This document shows, one piece after another, positions 50,780-60,576 of a stretch of 64,000 bases of DNA. A program made the translations under genes and the position numbers. Each line of letters begins with the position of its first letter. Positions within the stretch are counted from its first letter, which is position 1. Source of the stretch: an uncultured Gammaproteobacteria bacterium (GTDB lineage: Bacteria > Pseudomonadota > Gammaproteobacteria > UBA9214); the NCBI GenBank assembly GCA_963748215.1, contig CAVVHS010000006.1:896001-960000 (forward strand), given 5' to 3'. The notes under the pieces are model-generated. The model searched no databases, had not been told where the DNA came from, and saw only the letters and a program-made list of their open reading frames with translations.

Positions 50780-51229
50780 ATGTCCAGTTTGATTACCGGC
50801 TTTCCGCTGGATGGCGTAGTGACCGTGAACCGGGTGATTCTGAAGGACGGTTATACGGTCGATGATCTGCAGGAACGGGTCGCGTTGCTGTGCGAGAACG
50901 TGAAGACCTATCACTCCGATACCGGCTTCGTGGGCGGCTTCGTGGCCCTGAACAGCGGTGACGTTTCCAACGAAGGCTCCACCGTCGGCCAGGCCGTGCA
51001 GAGTCCGCTGGCCAGCCGCGAGGCCCTGATCATCACCTTCTGGCGGTCCTTTGCCGACCACGAGCGTTCACATCGCAGCGCGACCTTCCAGCCGCTGTTT
51101 CGCGACGTACTGGAATTGTGTGAAAACGGCAACGAGGAAATCGCCTACGAAATGCTCTGGTCCGGCAAGGCCTACAGCCCGGCACAGGCGAAGGCGGCCC
51201 GCCAGGCCAAGGAAAAATACGCGGCCTGA
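50780..51229 (+). CDS. single-domain sulfur oxygenase reductase-like (dimeric alpha/beta barrel) protein
   Basis: AGGAGG RBS; LLC...H..GFVG, TFW....DHE..H, G.EE..YE motifs collinear with the SOR N-terminal domain. Confidence 0.6.
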   Translation: MSSLITGFPLDGVVTVNRVILKDGYTVDDLQERVALLCENVKTYHSDTGFVGGFVALNSGDVSNEGSTVGQAVQSPLASREALIITFWRSFADHERSHRSATFQPLFRDVLELCENGNEEIAYEMLWSGKAYSPAQAKAARQAKEKYAA

Positions 51230-51474
51230 TACCCCGCGGTTTGTATCCGGCTGCCAGGTTGATGTGCGGCAGCCGGGCGGGACCGGAGGGGAATTGCCGG
51301 ACCACAACCCGGCAGAAACCGTGTGCCGGATCGACACATTGAATATCCTCGCGGGAATTATCGACTGTTTTTGTCAGGAATTCCCGCGGGATCGGGCTTC
51401 CTGACCATCGGGCGGCAGGTCCCGGCGAGCCGCCCTTGCCTGCCTCCAACCGCGCCCGGAGAGGAGATTTCGGC

Positions 51475-51800
51475 ATGCCATAGCAGCGGTTGCAGGTGAA
51501 GGGGGACCCGTCGGTCAGGGCGTTCCTGTTCCAGCAGTCCAGGGTGGAAAGCCTGTTCGACAGCAAGCTGGACCATCTGCAACCGGTGATCGATGCAGAA
51601 GACACCCGCACGATCCTGATGAATTTAGTCGACTGCGCACCACCGACAAAACCATCTACCTGCGCAACGGCACGATCTACCGCATCAATGGCATGATCGG
51701 CATGATCTTCTCCTGCGACGGTGCACATTATATCGACCACTAGACCTTCTTCGAGAAGCTCGAGACGTTCGCAACGACAACGCACAAGGATGCATTGATG
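51475..51800 (+). pseudogene. decayed hypothetical gene downstream of the SOR-like gene
   Basis: GAGGAG RBS, then MP*QRLQVKGDPSVRAFLFQQSRVESLFD; after a frameshift TIYLRNG..RINGMIGMIFSCDG.HYIDH*TFFEKL. Confidence 0.5.
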
Positions 51801-51816
51801 ATCGCTGCGGATATCT

Positions 51817-51930
51817 AGGGAACCCCATATCAATTCACTCATCGTCATCCCGGCGCATGCCGGGATCCAGTGCTTTCAATAGCCGGGATGCCGGCTTGCG
51901 CCGGCATGACGAATGAATCAGCGATTCCCT
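51817..51930. repeat. MITE-like element enclosing a GTCAT-type REP doublet
   Basis: Imperfect inverted ends agggaacccc...caattc / gaatgaatcagcgattccct around cgtcatcccggc...gccggcatgacg (51843-51911). Confidence 0.6.
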
Positions 51931-51988
51931 GGACAACCGCTTGCGGAAGCTGGGGGCCGGTGTTTTCCAGTGCAACACCCGCCCGCCA

Positions 51989-54628
51989 TCAGGCGGAATC
52001 GTCCTGTCCTTCGCGGTAGATCAGGTTGCGGCGTATCAGCAGCTTCTCGATTTCCACCGCGAACAGCACCAGTGAAGACACCGCAAGGCACATAGCAAGC
52101 TCGGACAGCGGCAGGGGCCGGGTATGGAACACGCCATTCAGGGCCGGCACGTAAATCACTGCCAGCTGCAACAGGAGTGTCACCGCAATCGCGCCCAGCA
52201 TGGGCAGGTTGCTGAACAGGCCGATCGTGAACAGCGATTCGGATTCGCTGCGAACCGCGAGTGAATGAAACAGCTGCGAGACGGTGAGCACCGTGAACAC
52301 GATGGTCTGCCAGTATTCAACGCCGCGTGCTATTGCCCAGGCCTGTGAGGCAATCGAGATTCCGCCGACGAACAGACCCATCCAGAGTATATGCTGCCAC
52401 ATACCGTGCGCGAAGATACTTTCCCCCGGCGCTCGCGGCGGCCGCTTCATCACACCCGGTTCAGCGGGCTCGGCGGAGAAGGCCAGTCCCGGCAGACCGT
52501 CGGTCACCAGGTTGATCCACAGAATATGGATGGGCAACAGCGGTATCGGCAGTCCCAGAAACGGGGCGAGAAACAGCGTCCATATCTCGCCCGAGTTGGA
52601 GCTCATGGTGTCCTTGATGAACTTGCGGATGTTGTCGAAGATACGGCGGCCGGTCTGTACGGCGTTGACGATGGTGGCGAAGTTGTCGTCCAGCAGCACC
52701 ATGTCGGCCGCCTCGCGCGCCACGTCAGTGCCTTTCTGCCCCATCGCCACGCCGATACCCGCACGCTTCAGCGCCGGTGCATCGTTGACGCCGTCACCGG
52801 TCATGGCAACGAATTCGCCATGGACCTGCAGGGCTCCGACGATACGCACCTTCTGCTCCGGACTGACGCGGGCGTAGACACGCACCGTTTCCACCACGTC
52901 GGCAAACGCCGTGTCGGACAGTTGCGCCAGCTCGGTTCCGGTCAGCAACCGCGTATCGTCCGTCATGATGCCGAGCCGTTCCGCAATCGCCCGCGCCGTA
53001 CCGGGATGGTCACCGGTAATCATCACCGGTGTGATGCCCGCCGTCAGACAATCCGCCACGGCCTGCGCCGCTTCCGGCCGTGGCGGATCGATCAGCGCGA
53101 CCAGACCGAGCAGGGTCAGTTGCCGCTCGATCGATTCGGGAAGCGGCTGCGGCGGCGCTTCCGTCAGTTCACGCCGCGCCAGCGCCAGCACGCGATAGCC
53201 CTCCGCGGCCAGTTGCGCAGCGATGGCCAGCATCGCGTCCGCGTCCAGGGGCTGCGTTCCGGTTTCCTGCTGCACATCGACACACTGCGCCAGGACGGTC
53301 TCCGGGGCGCCCTTGACGTAGGCCACCATGCCGGCACCGGCGCGGTGCAGGGTCGTCATGAGCTTGCGCTCGCTGTCAAACGCAATGACCGCCAGGCGTG
53401 GCTGCTCCCGCTCGAGCCGTTGTTTGTCATACCCGGCGGCATGCGCCGCCTGGTACAGGGCCAGCTCGGTCGGCTCGCCGGCGGCCCGGCCATCGACCTC
53501 GACAATGTCGTTGTTCAAGGCCAGGGCCCGGCCCAGTTCCGTCCATGGCAGACCGGCCTCAGGCCCGGGCAGGCTGTCGCTGCGCTGCCCCGCCGCCTCG
53601 ATCAGCTCGACCGTCATGCGGTTTTCCGTCAGCGTACCGGTCTTGTCGGAACAGATATAGGTGACCGAACCGAGCGTCTCGACGGCCGGCAGGTTGCGCA
53701 CCAGCGCGTTGTGCCGGATCAGCTTGCGCGCCCCGAGCGCAAGCGAAATCGTCACCACGGCCGGCAACGCCTCCGGGATGGCGGCCACCGCCAGGCTCAC
53801 CGCGGTCAGAAACATCAACAGCAGTGGCTGCTCCTGCAGCAGCCCCGCCACGAACACGACGGCACAGATCGCCAGTACGGCCAGCGCCAGGTGGCGGCCG
53901 AAACGCGACAACCGCCGTTGCAGCGGCGTCAGGACGCCCTTCTCGCCCTGCAGCAGCTGCGCAATACGCCCGATCTCGGTGCGCTGGCCGGTAGCGATGA
54001 CACTGCCCCGCCCCTGCCCGTGCGTGACCAGGCTGCTCCTGTACACCAGGTTGACCCGGTCCCCGAGCGGCAACCCGGCCTCCGGCAGGCGCTGCACCTG
54101 CTTGCCGATTGCGCCCGATTCTCCGGTCAGCGCGGACTCGTCGGCCTGCAGCTCGCCGGCCTCGAGCAGCCGCAGGTCCGCCGGCACCACGTTACCGGCT
54201 TCCAGTAGCACGATATCACCCGGAACGAGTTGCGACGCATCCAGCGTAATGGCCTTGCCATCGCGCAACACCCTGGCCTCCGGCGCCGCCATGGCACGCA
54301 GCGCCGCGACGGCGCGCTCGGCACGGTATTCCTGCACCGTGCCGATGACGGCATTGAGCAGCACAATCACCAGGATGACAATCGAGTCCTGTGGTTCACC
54401 GATGACACCGGCAATCAGCGCGGCAGCCAGCAGCACGAGAATCATGAAATCGGTGAACTGGCCTGCGAACATGGCCGGCAGGGAACGCCGCCGGGCCTCG
54501 GGCAGGGTATTGGGTCCGTGCTCGATCAGACGCTGCTGCGCCTCTGCACCCGTCAGCCCCCCGGCCGTGACCTCGAGGAGCCGCAGTACCTCGTCGTTAT
54601 CGAGCGTGTGCCACACCGGGTCCGGCAC
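51989..54628 (-). CDS. P-type ATPase, P2A/Ca2+-type
   Basis: [50 protein letters not shown]. Confidence 0.93.
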   Translation of the reverse strand: MPDPVWHTLDNDEVLRLLEVTAGGLTGAEAQQRLIEHGPNTLPEARRRSLPAMFAGQFTDFMILVLLAAALIAGVIGEPQDSIVILVIVLLNAVIGTVQEYRAERAVAALRAMAAPEARVLRDGKAITLDASQLVPGDIVLLEAGNVVPADLRLLEAGELQADESALTGESGAIGKQVQRLPEAGLPLGDRVNLVYRSSLVTHGQGRGSVIATGQRTEIGRIAQLLQGEKGVLTPLQRRLSRFGRHLALAVLAICAVVFVAGLLQEQPLLLMFLTAVSLAVAAIPEALPAVVTISLALGARKLIRHNALVRNLPAVETLGSVTYICSDKTGTLTENRMTVELIEAAGQRSDSLPGPEAGLPWTELGRALALNNDIVEVDGRAAGEPTELALYQAAHAAGYDKQRLEREQPRLAVIAFDSERKLMTTLHRAGAGMVAYVKGAPETVLAQCVDVQQETGTQPLDADAMLAIAAQLAAEGYRVLALARRELTEAPPQPLPESIERQLTLLGLVALIDPPRPEAAQAVADCLTAGITPVMITGDHPGTARAIAERLGIMTDDTRLLTGTELAQLSDTAFADVVETVRVYARVSPEQKVRIVGALQVHGEFVAMTGDGVNDAPALKRAGIGVAMGQKGTDVAREAADMVLLDDNFATIVNAVQTGRRIFDNIRKFIKDTMSSNSGEIWTLFLAPFLGLPIPLLPIHILWINLVTDGLPGLAFSAEPAEPGVMKRPPRAPGESIFAHGMWQHILWMGLFVGGISIASQAWAIARGVEYWQTIVFTVLTVSQLFHSLAVRSESESLFTIGLFSNLPMLGAIAVTLLLQLAVIYVPALNGVFHTRPLPLSELAMCLAVSSLVLFAVEIEKLLIRRNLIYREGQDDSA

Positions 54629-54629
54629 G

Positions 54630-55214
54630 CTAGCCCCCGGTAACGAGATAGATCAGCGCCGCCGTCAGCAACGCGATGAGCAGCGTCTGCAGGCCGCTGC
54701 GCAACCATGCAACACCCGAAATGCGGCCAAGGAACACGCCCAGCAGGAACACCAGCACCAGGGCAGTCATGACCGCCGCATGCAGGGGATCGACCGGCAG
54801 CGGCAGGCCGGCATGCGCAAGCCACAGCGGCAGGATGATGAGCAGCGACAGGAGCAGCGGCGCCGAGCCGTTGACCAGTGCGATCAGCAACGGCACCACG
54901 CGCGCCGCCTTGCCATGGGCACTATCCAGCAGGTCGGTCGCCATGGCCGCCTCCAGGTCACCGAGCGCCCGCCGTCGCTCTGCGGTTTCGCTCACGTAGG
55001 CACTGCTCATGCCGCTCACGCCCAGCGCGATGGCGGCGCCCAGGCAGGCATTGATGGTTACCGACAGGTCGGCGGGCGCGCCGAACAGGAACCCGGTGAT
55101 GATCCCCAGCATGGTAAGCGCACCGTCGAAGCCATTGACCACGAAATAGCGGCGCACGATTCCGTGCGTGCGGGTAATGCGTAGCAGGTACCTTGCCTTG
55201 CCAAGCAGATTCAC
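54630..55214 (-). CDS. VIT1/CCC1-family membrane protein
   Basis: [26 protein letters not shown]; multi-TM. Confidence 0.75.
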   Translation of the reverse strand: MNLLGKARYLLRITRTHGIVRRYFVVNGFDGALTMLGIITGFLFGAPADLSVTINACLGAAIALGVSGMSSAYVSETAERRRALGDLEAAMATDLLDSAHGKAARVVPLLIALVNGSAPLLLSLLIILPLWLAHAGLPLPVDPLHAAVMTALVLVFLLGVFLGRISGVAWLRSGLQTLLIALLTAALIYLVTGG

Positions 55215-55486
55215 AATACCCGGGAGCTCGCCGCGCTCTGTACCTCGACTTCGTCGATGCTGTGTATCGAACCGCCCATGTCGCTGATGGCAGACTGTAC
55301 GGCCTCAAAATCGATGGCATCCCCCGCCACCACGACCTGCAGGGTTTCGGTATTCTCGTCCACCTCGAGAACCGTCAGGGTTACAAGGTAGTCATTGCCG
55401 ACGGACGCAATGGCGCGGGAAAACTCCAGCGCATTCGGCTGGTGAGGCTTGAGTACATCCAGGATGATACGCTTGACAAACACCAT
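55211..55486 (-). CDS. DUF211 protein
   Basis: KRIILDVLKPHQP...E.D..TE...GGSIHSIDEV. Confidence 0.82.
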   Translation of the reverse strand: MVFVKRIILDVLKPHQPNALEFSRAIASVGNDYLVTLTVLEVDENTETLQVVVAGDAIDFEAVQSAISDMGGSIHSIDEVEVQSAASSRVL

Positions 55487-55683
55487 CGCTTTTTCTCCCG
55501 TAACCGGAAATACCACATGCGGAAATCCCGGCACAGCCTGACACTTCTTCACGGGAAAAGTATATCTGTTTGACCTGCTGTTTGCTGCAGCCCGTGGCAG
55601 GCGCGCCCGCCTTGCCCGGCCATGCCTCCTGCTCCGACATGACGAATCCCTTCAGTTGCTGGCCGACGGGCGCCGGCCCTGAG

Positions 55684-56550
55684 TTATCTGCGCCTGGATC
55701 TGCCGCTGGCTGAGCGTTTTTTCGTGCTCGTCTTCTTCCGGGTTGCCGGCAGTGATTTTTTCTTCGCCGCAACCTTCTTCCGGCTGTTAGCAGTGACGGC
55801 TTTCCCTGTGGCTGCGCTGCGGCCGGGTGAAGATTTTTTCTTTACCGCCGCTTTCTTTGCAGTCTTCTTCGTTGGCGGTTTCGCTGCCGCGGCATTCTTC
55901 GCCGCCGATCCCTTTTCCGGGGTTTTTCTGATCGCCTTTTTCTTCTTTGGCTTGCTTTCGACCGCCCCTGCTGCGCGTGAAGCAGCACCGGCGGTTCGAC
56001 TCCGCGAGCCTGCCTTGCGGGCTGCCGGCTGCTTTCGCCCGGCAGCCTTGCGGGTCGGGAATTTCCTGTCCAGCCAGCGGGTCACGACCTGCTTGCTGCT
56101 GGCAAGCTCCTTTTCCATGGTCGCTACAACCGCGGCCAGTGCCCTGCCGCCCTTCGCCACCAGGCTCTCGCCCTGTGCCAGGCGCGTGTCGACCTCATAT
56201 TCGGCGTCGAGCCAGTCCTGTTCCGCTGACCCCCCGTAAAAACCGCGCCGCTCGGCGCGCAGATACGCCGCCTCGCGAATCATGCGCTCGCGTTCCTCGC
56301 TGCTCACCGTGTGGGCGGACAAGGCCGCCCGCGCGGAACGGGAAAGCCCCTTGACGACAATACGCCCGTGACCGACTTCGTGCAGGAATTGCCGCAGGTA
56401 AGGCAGAAAGTCGGCACCGAATTTTTCCACCGCGAATTCACTGAGTTCACGCACACTGCGACCGGTCTCGAGCATATGCTCCAGCGCCGCCTTGAGGTAT
56501 ATCCGTGACGAGTCATAGGTAGTCTTGTCAAGGCGGGAATTGTCATTCAT
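55684..56550 (-). CDS. DUF2934-domain protein with Lys/Ala-rich histone-H1-like tail
   Basis: AGGAGG RBS; MIREAAYLRAERRGF.GG....DWL.AE; C-terminal KKTAKKAAVKKK repeats. Confidence 0.75.
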   Translation of the reverse strand: MNDNSRLDKTTYDSSRIYLKAALEHMLETGRSVRELSEFAVEKFGADFLPYLRQFLHEVGHGRIVVKGLSRSARAALSAHTVSSEERERMIREAAYLRAERRGFYGGSAEQDWLDAEYEVDTRLAQGESLVAKGGRALAAVVATMEKELASSKQVVTRWLDRKFPTRKAAGRKQPAARKAGSRSRTAGAASRAAGAVESKPKKKKAIRKTPEKGSAAKNAAAAKPPTKKTAKKAAVKKKSSPGRSAATGKAVTANSRKKVAAKKKSLPATRKKTSTKKRSASGRSRRR

Positions 56551-56780
56551 GCCGGGCGTCCTCCTGGTAATCCTTGCCTCACTGGCAAAAGGTGCGGCTA
56601 TTCTAGATCGTGCAAAAAACTGGAACAATCGAATTGTGCCGCACGCGGTTATGTAATTGTCAGCCCCGTCGCTCATCGCCAGTCCCTGCAAGGCTGCTGC
56701 CCTGCACAAGGCCTTGCATGACAATGCCGGGCGTGGCGGCACACATGGCCGCCGCGGCCATGCTGCGGCTACAATAGGGC

Positions 56781-57938
56781 ATGCAGCTACCGGACTATCA
56801 GGGCGGGAGTCTCGTCAATCTCATGGCATCCCTGCAGACGGGCCTGGGCGGAGCCGCGCACACCGCTCCGCCGCTGGACCTGCTGGGCCCCACAGAGATT
56901 TACGCCCGCCGCCAGGTGTTGCTGTGGATCATCGACGGGCTGGGCTTCGATTACCTGCGCGCACACCCTCAGGCCGTGCACCTCAATCGCAATCTGCGCG
57001 GCAGCATGACCTCGGTCTATCCGCCCACCACGACGTCAGCGATTACCACCCTGCTCACCGGCATGGCGCCACAGCAGCACGGACTGACCGGCTGGCATAT
57101 GTATTTCAGGGAGCTGGGCAGCATCCTGGCAATCCTGCCGGGCAAGCCGCGCTACGGCGGCGTCGGACTCGGCGCGGCCGGCATCGACACAGCAAAGCTG
57201 CTCGGCCACGTGGCATTTGCCGACCGCATCGGCGTCGAAACCTGCACCATCTCGCCCGCCGGCATCGCCGGTTCCGATTTCAACCTCGCCCATCTCGGGC
57301 GTGCCCGGCTGACGGGCTACCGGGGTCTGGACGGCCTGCTGGACGCGATCGACGCCGTGCTGCACGAGGACGGGCGCCGCTTCGTCCACGCCTACTGGCC
57401 CGAGCTCGACAGCATCGGCCACCGCGAGGGCATCGGCAGCGAAGCCGCCCGCAGCCACCTGCAGGAACTTGACCGGGCCTTCAAGACATTACTGGAAAGG
57501 ATCCGGGGCACCGACACGCTGGTCATCGTGTGCGCCGATCACGGCCAGGTCGACAGTACGCCGGCGAGCCGCCTCAGCCTCGATGGGCATCCCGAACTGC
57601 ACGAGATGCTTGCCCTGCCACTGTGCGGCGAACCACGCTCTGTCTATTGCTACCTGCGACCCGGTTGCGAACAGGACTTCGACAGCTACGTGGAATCCAG
57701 GCTGGCCGGAATAGCGCGCAGCTTTACCGCGTCACACCTGCTCGATCATCACTGGTTCGGGCCCGGGGCACCGCACCCGGAACTGGCGCGGCGGATCGGT
57801 GACCGCATCCTGCTGATGCAGTCGAATTACACCCTGAAGGACTGGCTGCCGCAGGAAAAACGCGTTGAACTGGTCGGTGTGCACGGCGGACTGACGGCCG
57901 ACGAACTGCTGGTCCCGCTGGTCATCGCCGGGGTGTGA
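56781..57938 (+). CDS. alkaline phosphatase superfamily (nucleotide pyrophosphatase-like) protein
   Basis: IIDGLG, SVYPPTT..A.TT..TG..P..HG, LD..GH..G, ADHG, HGGLT..E. Confidence 0.88.
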   Translation: MQLPDYQGGSLVNLMASLQTGLGGAAHTAPPLDLLGPTEIYARRQVLLWIIDGLGFDYLRAHPQAVHLNRNLRGSMTSVYPPTTTSAITTLLTGMAPQQHGLTGWHMYFRELGSILAILPGKPRYGGVGLGAAGIDTAKLLGHVAFADRIGVETCTISPAGIAGSDFNLAHLGRARLTGYRGLDGLLDAIDAVLHEDGRRFVHAYWPELDSIGHREGIGSEAARSHLQELDRAFKTLLERIRGTDTLVIVCADHGQVDSTPASRLSLDGHPELHEMLALPLCGEPRSVYCYLRPGCEQDFDSYVESRLAGIARSFTASHLLDHHWFGPGAPHPELARRIGDRILLMQSNYTLKDWLPQEKRVELVGVHGGLTADELLVPLVIAGV

Positions 57939-57965
57939 GCCGGACGCACGGCACTGCCGCCGTGT

Positions 57966-58502
57966 TCAGGGCGCGAGATCGCAACCGCCCGGCCCGGTGG
58001 CTATTTGCTCGCGATACTCGTAGGCCTTTCCTTCCCGGCGCCATACGACATCGCAGGCACCGGCACCGCTCAGTCGCAGATCCGGATAAGCAGAATCACC
58101 CCGCGCCTGCAGGCTATAGGATGTGGCCGGAATACCGAGATTCATTTGCCAGTCGCCGTCCGGCGCCGGGCGGGTGAACAGCCAGACTGAACTGCCGGTC
58201 TCGCCGGACAGGAAAGTATTGCCACCGATGACGAACACCTCGACGCGACCGTCCGCATTGATATCTTCCGGCTGCACGGTAAAGCGGGCCGGCCCGGCAT
58301 CCTCGCCGCCCATCACCAGCAGCTCCTTGCCGTCAGCGCTGCGCGTCAGGCCGAGATAACGATAGATTGCCAGCTGATCGGACTCCGAGAGACCCTGTAC
58401 ATTCGTGGCAAACAGCAGCTTCCAGCCATCGTCGGCATGCACTGTGGATCCGCAGCAGAACAGGACAACAGGGAAAAAGTATCGGCGCAGGTTTTGGTTC
58501 AT
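57966..58502 (-). CDS. exported hypothetical protein
   Basis: Signal peptide; DINADG..EVF loop; GGGAG RBS. Confidence 0.6.
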   Translation of the reverse strand: MNQNLRRYFFPVVLFCCGSTVHADDGWKLLFATNVQGLSESDQLAIYRYLGLTRSADGKELLVMGGEDAGPARFTVQPEDINADGRVEVFVIGGNTFLSGETGSSVWLFTRPAPDGDWQMNLGIPATSYSLQARGDSAYPDLRLSGAGACDVVWRREGKAYEYREQIATGPGGCDLAP

Positions 58503-58703
58503 TTCGGTCGGTCACACTCCCTGTTTGGCTGACTTGCAGCGGACATTGTCCGTTGCCCGTTCACCGGCCGTCAAGCCGGACAGACTGACGGCGAATCTGC
58601 ATGACACCCGGCGAAATCCGATGGTAGCACGGCTGCGTTCAGCGAGACCTTCAGAAAAAATGTCACGCTCGACCGGGGCGCGGGATTACCGCAGGGACCA
58701 CCC

Positions 58704-59099
58704 TCAGCCTTGCCCTGTCCGGTGCAGCCGCGCCTCGATCTGTTTGCGAGTGAGGGTACCGGGAATGTGCCGGTTGCCCCAGTCGATGATCGCCGACAGC
58801 ACCGGGTAGAGATCCCTGCCCTTTCCAGTCAGCAAGTAACGATAGCGCGGCGGGTGGTCCTGATAGCGATCCTTCACCACAAGCCCGGCGGCCTGCAGGC
58901 GCTTCAGGCGCTCCGCGAGGATGTTGGTGGGAATCCGTTCCGGCGACTGCCGGAACTCGCTGTAGATCGTCTTGCCCAGCAGCAGGTCGCGCACCACCAG
59001 CAAGGTCCACTTGTCGCCGAGCAGATCCAGCGTGCATGCCACCGGGCACGGCGAGCGGCTGCATGCCGTCATCTTCGCGGATTTGCCAATTTTATTCAT
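58704..59099 (-). CDS. HxlR/DUF24-family winged-helix regulator
   Basis: CPVACTLDLLGDKWTLLVVRDLL.G, IPTNILAERLK, Y.LT.KG. Confidence 0.9.
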   Translation of the reverse strand: MNKIGKSAKMTACSRSPCPVACTLDLLGDKWTLLVVRDLLLGKTIYSEFRQSPERIPTNILAERLKRLQAAGLVVKDRYQDHPPRYRYLLTGKGRDLYPVLSAIIDWGNRHIPGTLTRKQIEARLHRTGQG

Positions 59100-59105
59100 G
59101 CAGTT

Positions 59106-59179
59106 AGCCTAGCATCGGGCAAGTGACTTGTAAATTGCAAGTTACTGGGCTAGGCTTTAGTCACTTGCTTTTTGCAAGT
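59106..59179. promoter_or_regulatory. tandem palindromic operators in the divergent HxlR/GST promoter region
   Basis: ACTTG-N7-CAAGT at 59126-59142 and 59163-59179. Confidence 0.6.
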
Positions 59180-59209
59180 CATAGGCCATATGGCCCGGGA
59201 GATTCCGTC

Positions 59210-59572
59210 ATGGATATCGAGCTCTACTACACGCCGAACACGCACTCGTCCGGCCACGCTGGAACCGCCGGCATTCGAAATCCTGCTGCAAACGCAAATC
59301 CTGCCGGAAAAACACCGTGTCGGTGCCATTGTCGGCTTCGCGCAGAAAGCTCGCCGGTGCGTGCTGCGCATGCTGGACAGGAAACCGCGCACGGCGGACA
59401 TCTCCTCGGCAAGTCGTTCTGCTGTGCCGACGTCATGTTCGGTACCACCCTGGCCTGGCTGCCCGACAGCCTCGCGCCCTTTGCGGCGCTGCAGGATTAC
59501 GTCGCGCGTGTCACCGCGCGCCCTGCGAACCGCCGCGCCTTGCAACCCGTCCCTGACAACAACAGGAGGTGA
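59210..59572 (+). pseudogene. internally deleted glutathione S-transferase
   Basis: GST-like start MDIELYYTP and GST C-terminal HLLG..F..ADVM.G..L.W...L..Y..R...RPA..RA; middle missing or garbled. Confidence 0.55.
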
Positions 59573-59575
59573 CCC

Positions 59576-60196
59576 ATGACTGCATTCTCCGTTTCGCGCT
59601 ATGAATACTGTCTGCGCAGCAGTGCCCTGCTGGCACTGGTCTGGCTGACCGGCGCTGTAGCCATCAGTGCCAGTGGCCTGCTGGCAGGCACCGAGGGCCC
59701 GCAGCGCCTGCTGATGCCGGGCCTGATCGTTCTACCGGTCGCCGTGTTCGCACTGGCATGGAAATCCAGCACAGACTTCCGCAGCTGGATGACAGGCATC
59801 GATACCGGCCTGCTGGTGATCCTGCACAGCTGGCGCATGGTCGGACTTGGTTTCCTGTTTCTGTATGCGCACGACGTGCTGCCGGGCCTGTTTGCATGGC
59901 TGGCCGGTGTCGGTGACATGCTGGCCGCGTTCGGTGCCATGCTCATCGGCAGCGCGTTACTCAGGGGCAGGCCGGTGCCACGTTCCACCCTGCTGGCCTG
60001 GAACAGTTTCGGCCTGCTGGACTTCGTGATCGCTGTGAGTGTCGGTACGGCCCTGCGCAGCAGCTATTTCGGTGGAGCCGTCTCAACCGACGCCATGGCG
60101 CAGTTACCGCTCAGCCTGGTGCCAACCGTCATCGTGCCGCTGTATGTCATCACGCACCTGGTGATCTTTTTGCAGCTGAGGGAAAGGAAAGCGTAA
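59576..60196 (+). CDS. integral membrane hypothetical protein
   Basis: AGGAGG RBS; about 6 TM segments; H.WR.VG..F, AG.GD, WN.FGLLD, P.S.VPT..VP. Confidence 0.75.
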   Translation: MTAFSVSRYEYCLRSSALLALVWLTGAVAISASGLLAGTEGPQRLLMPGLIVLPVAVFALAWKSSTDFRSWMTGIDTGLLVILHSWRMVGLGFLFLYAHDVLPGLFAWLAGVGDMLAAFGAMLIGSALLRGRPVPRSTLLAWNSFGLLDFVIAVSVGTALRSSYFGGAVSTDAMAQLPLSLVPTVIVPLYVITHLVIFLQLRERKA

Positions 60197-60545
60197 TCTC
60201 GCGCACGACTACAAGGAGAAGGTGAGACCGGGAACCGGTCGAGAAGCTGGCCTGGGCCATGCAGGAGATACGAGTCCATGGATGGACTCGATAGAGCGAA
60301 GCAGGAGAAGGTGAGATCGCGCAACGATCGAGAGACTGGCCTGGGCCAGGCCGGAGCCGAGAGCAATGCAGGGAGCAATTGCCGAGAGACGCAGAGAAAG
60401 AAACGCCACAGAAGGCACAGAGCACACAGAGAAGGTCATTGTCATTCCCGTGCAGGCGGGGATTACATGTATACGTTCTGCGCCTGCCGTGATCCCTGTG
60501 GCAACAATTTGATTTATTTTGCGAGCTCTGCGACTCGCGCGAGTG
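60197..60545. repeat. nested composite of several palindromic repeat families between convergent genes
   Basis: Outer ctcgcgca...ctctgcgactcgcgcgag, inner gccacagaaggcacagag...ccctgtggc, a GTCATTCCC half-REP, and two copies of the AGGAGAAGGTGAGA module. Confidence 0.65.
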
Positions 60546-60576
60546 TCTTTTTCCGGATGTAGCACGCGCGTGATCG

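Noticed and set aside
60214-60348. CRISPR-like repeat-spacer mini array
   Set aside because: Only two imperfect units with internal variable hairpins and no cas genes; treated as nested palindromic repeats
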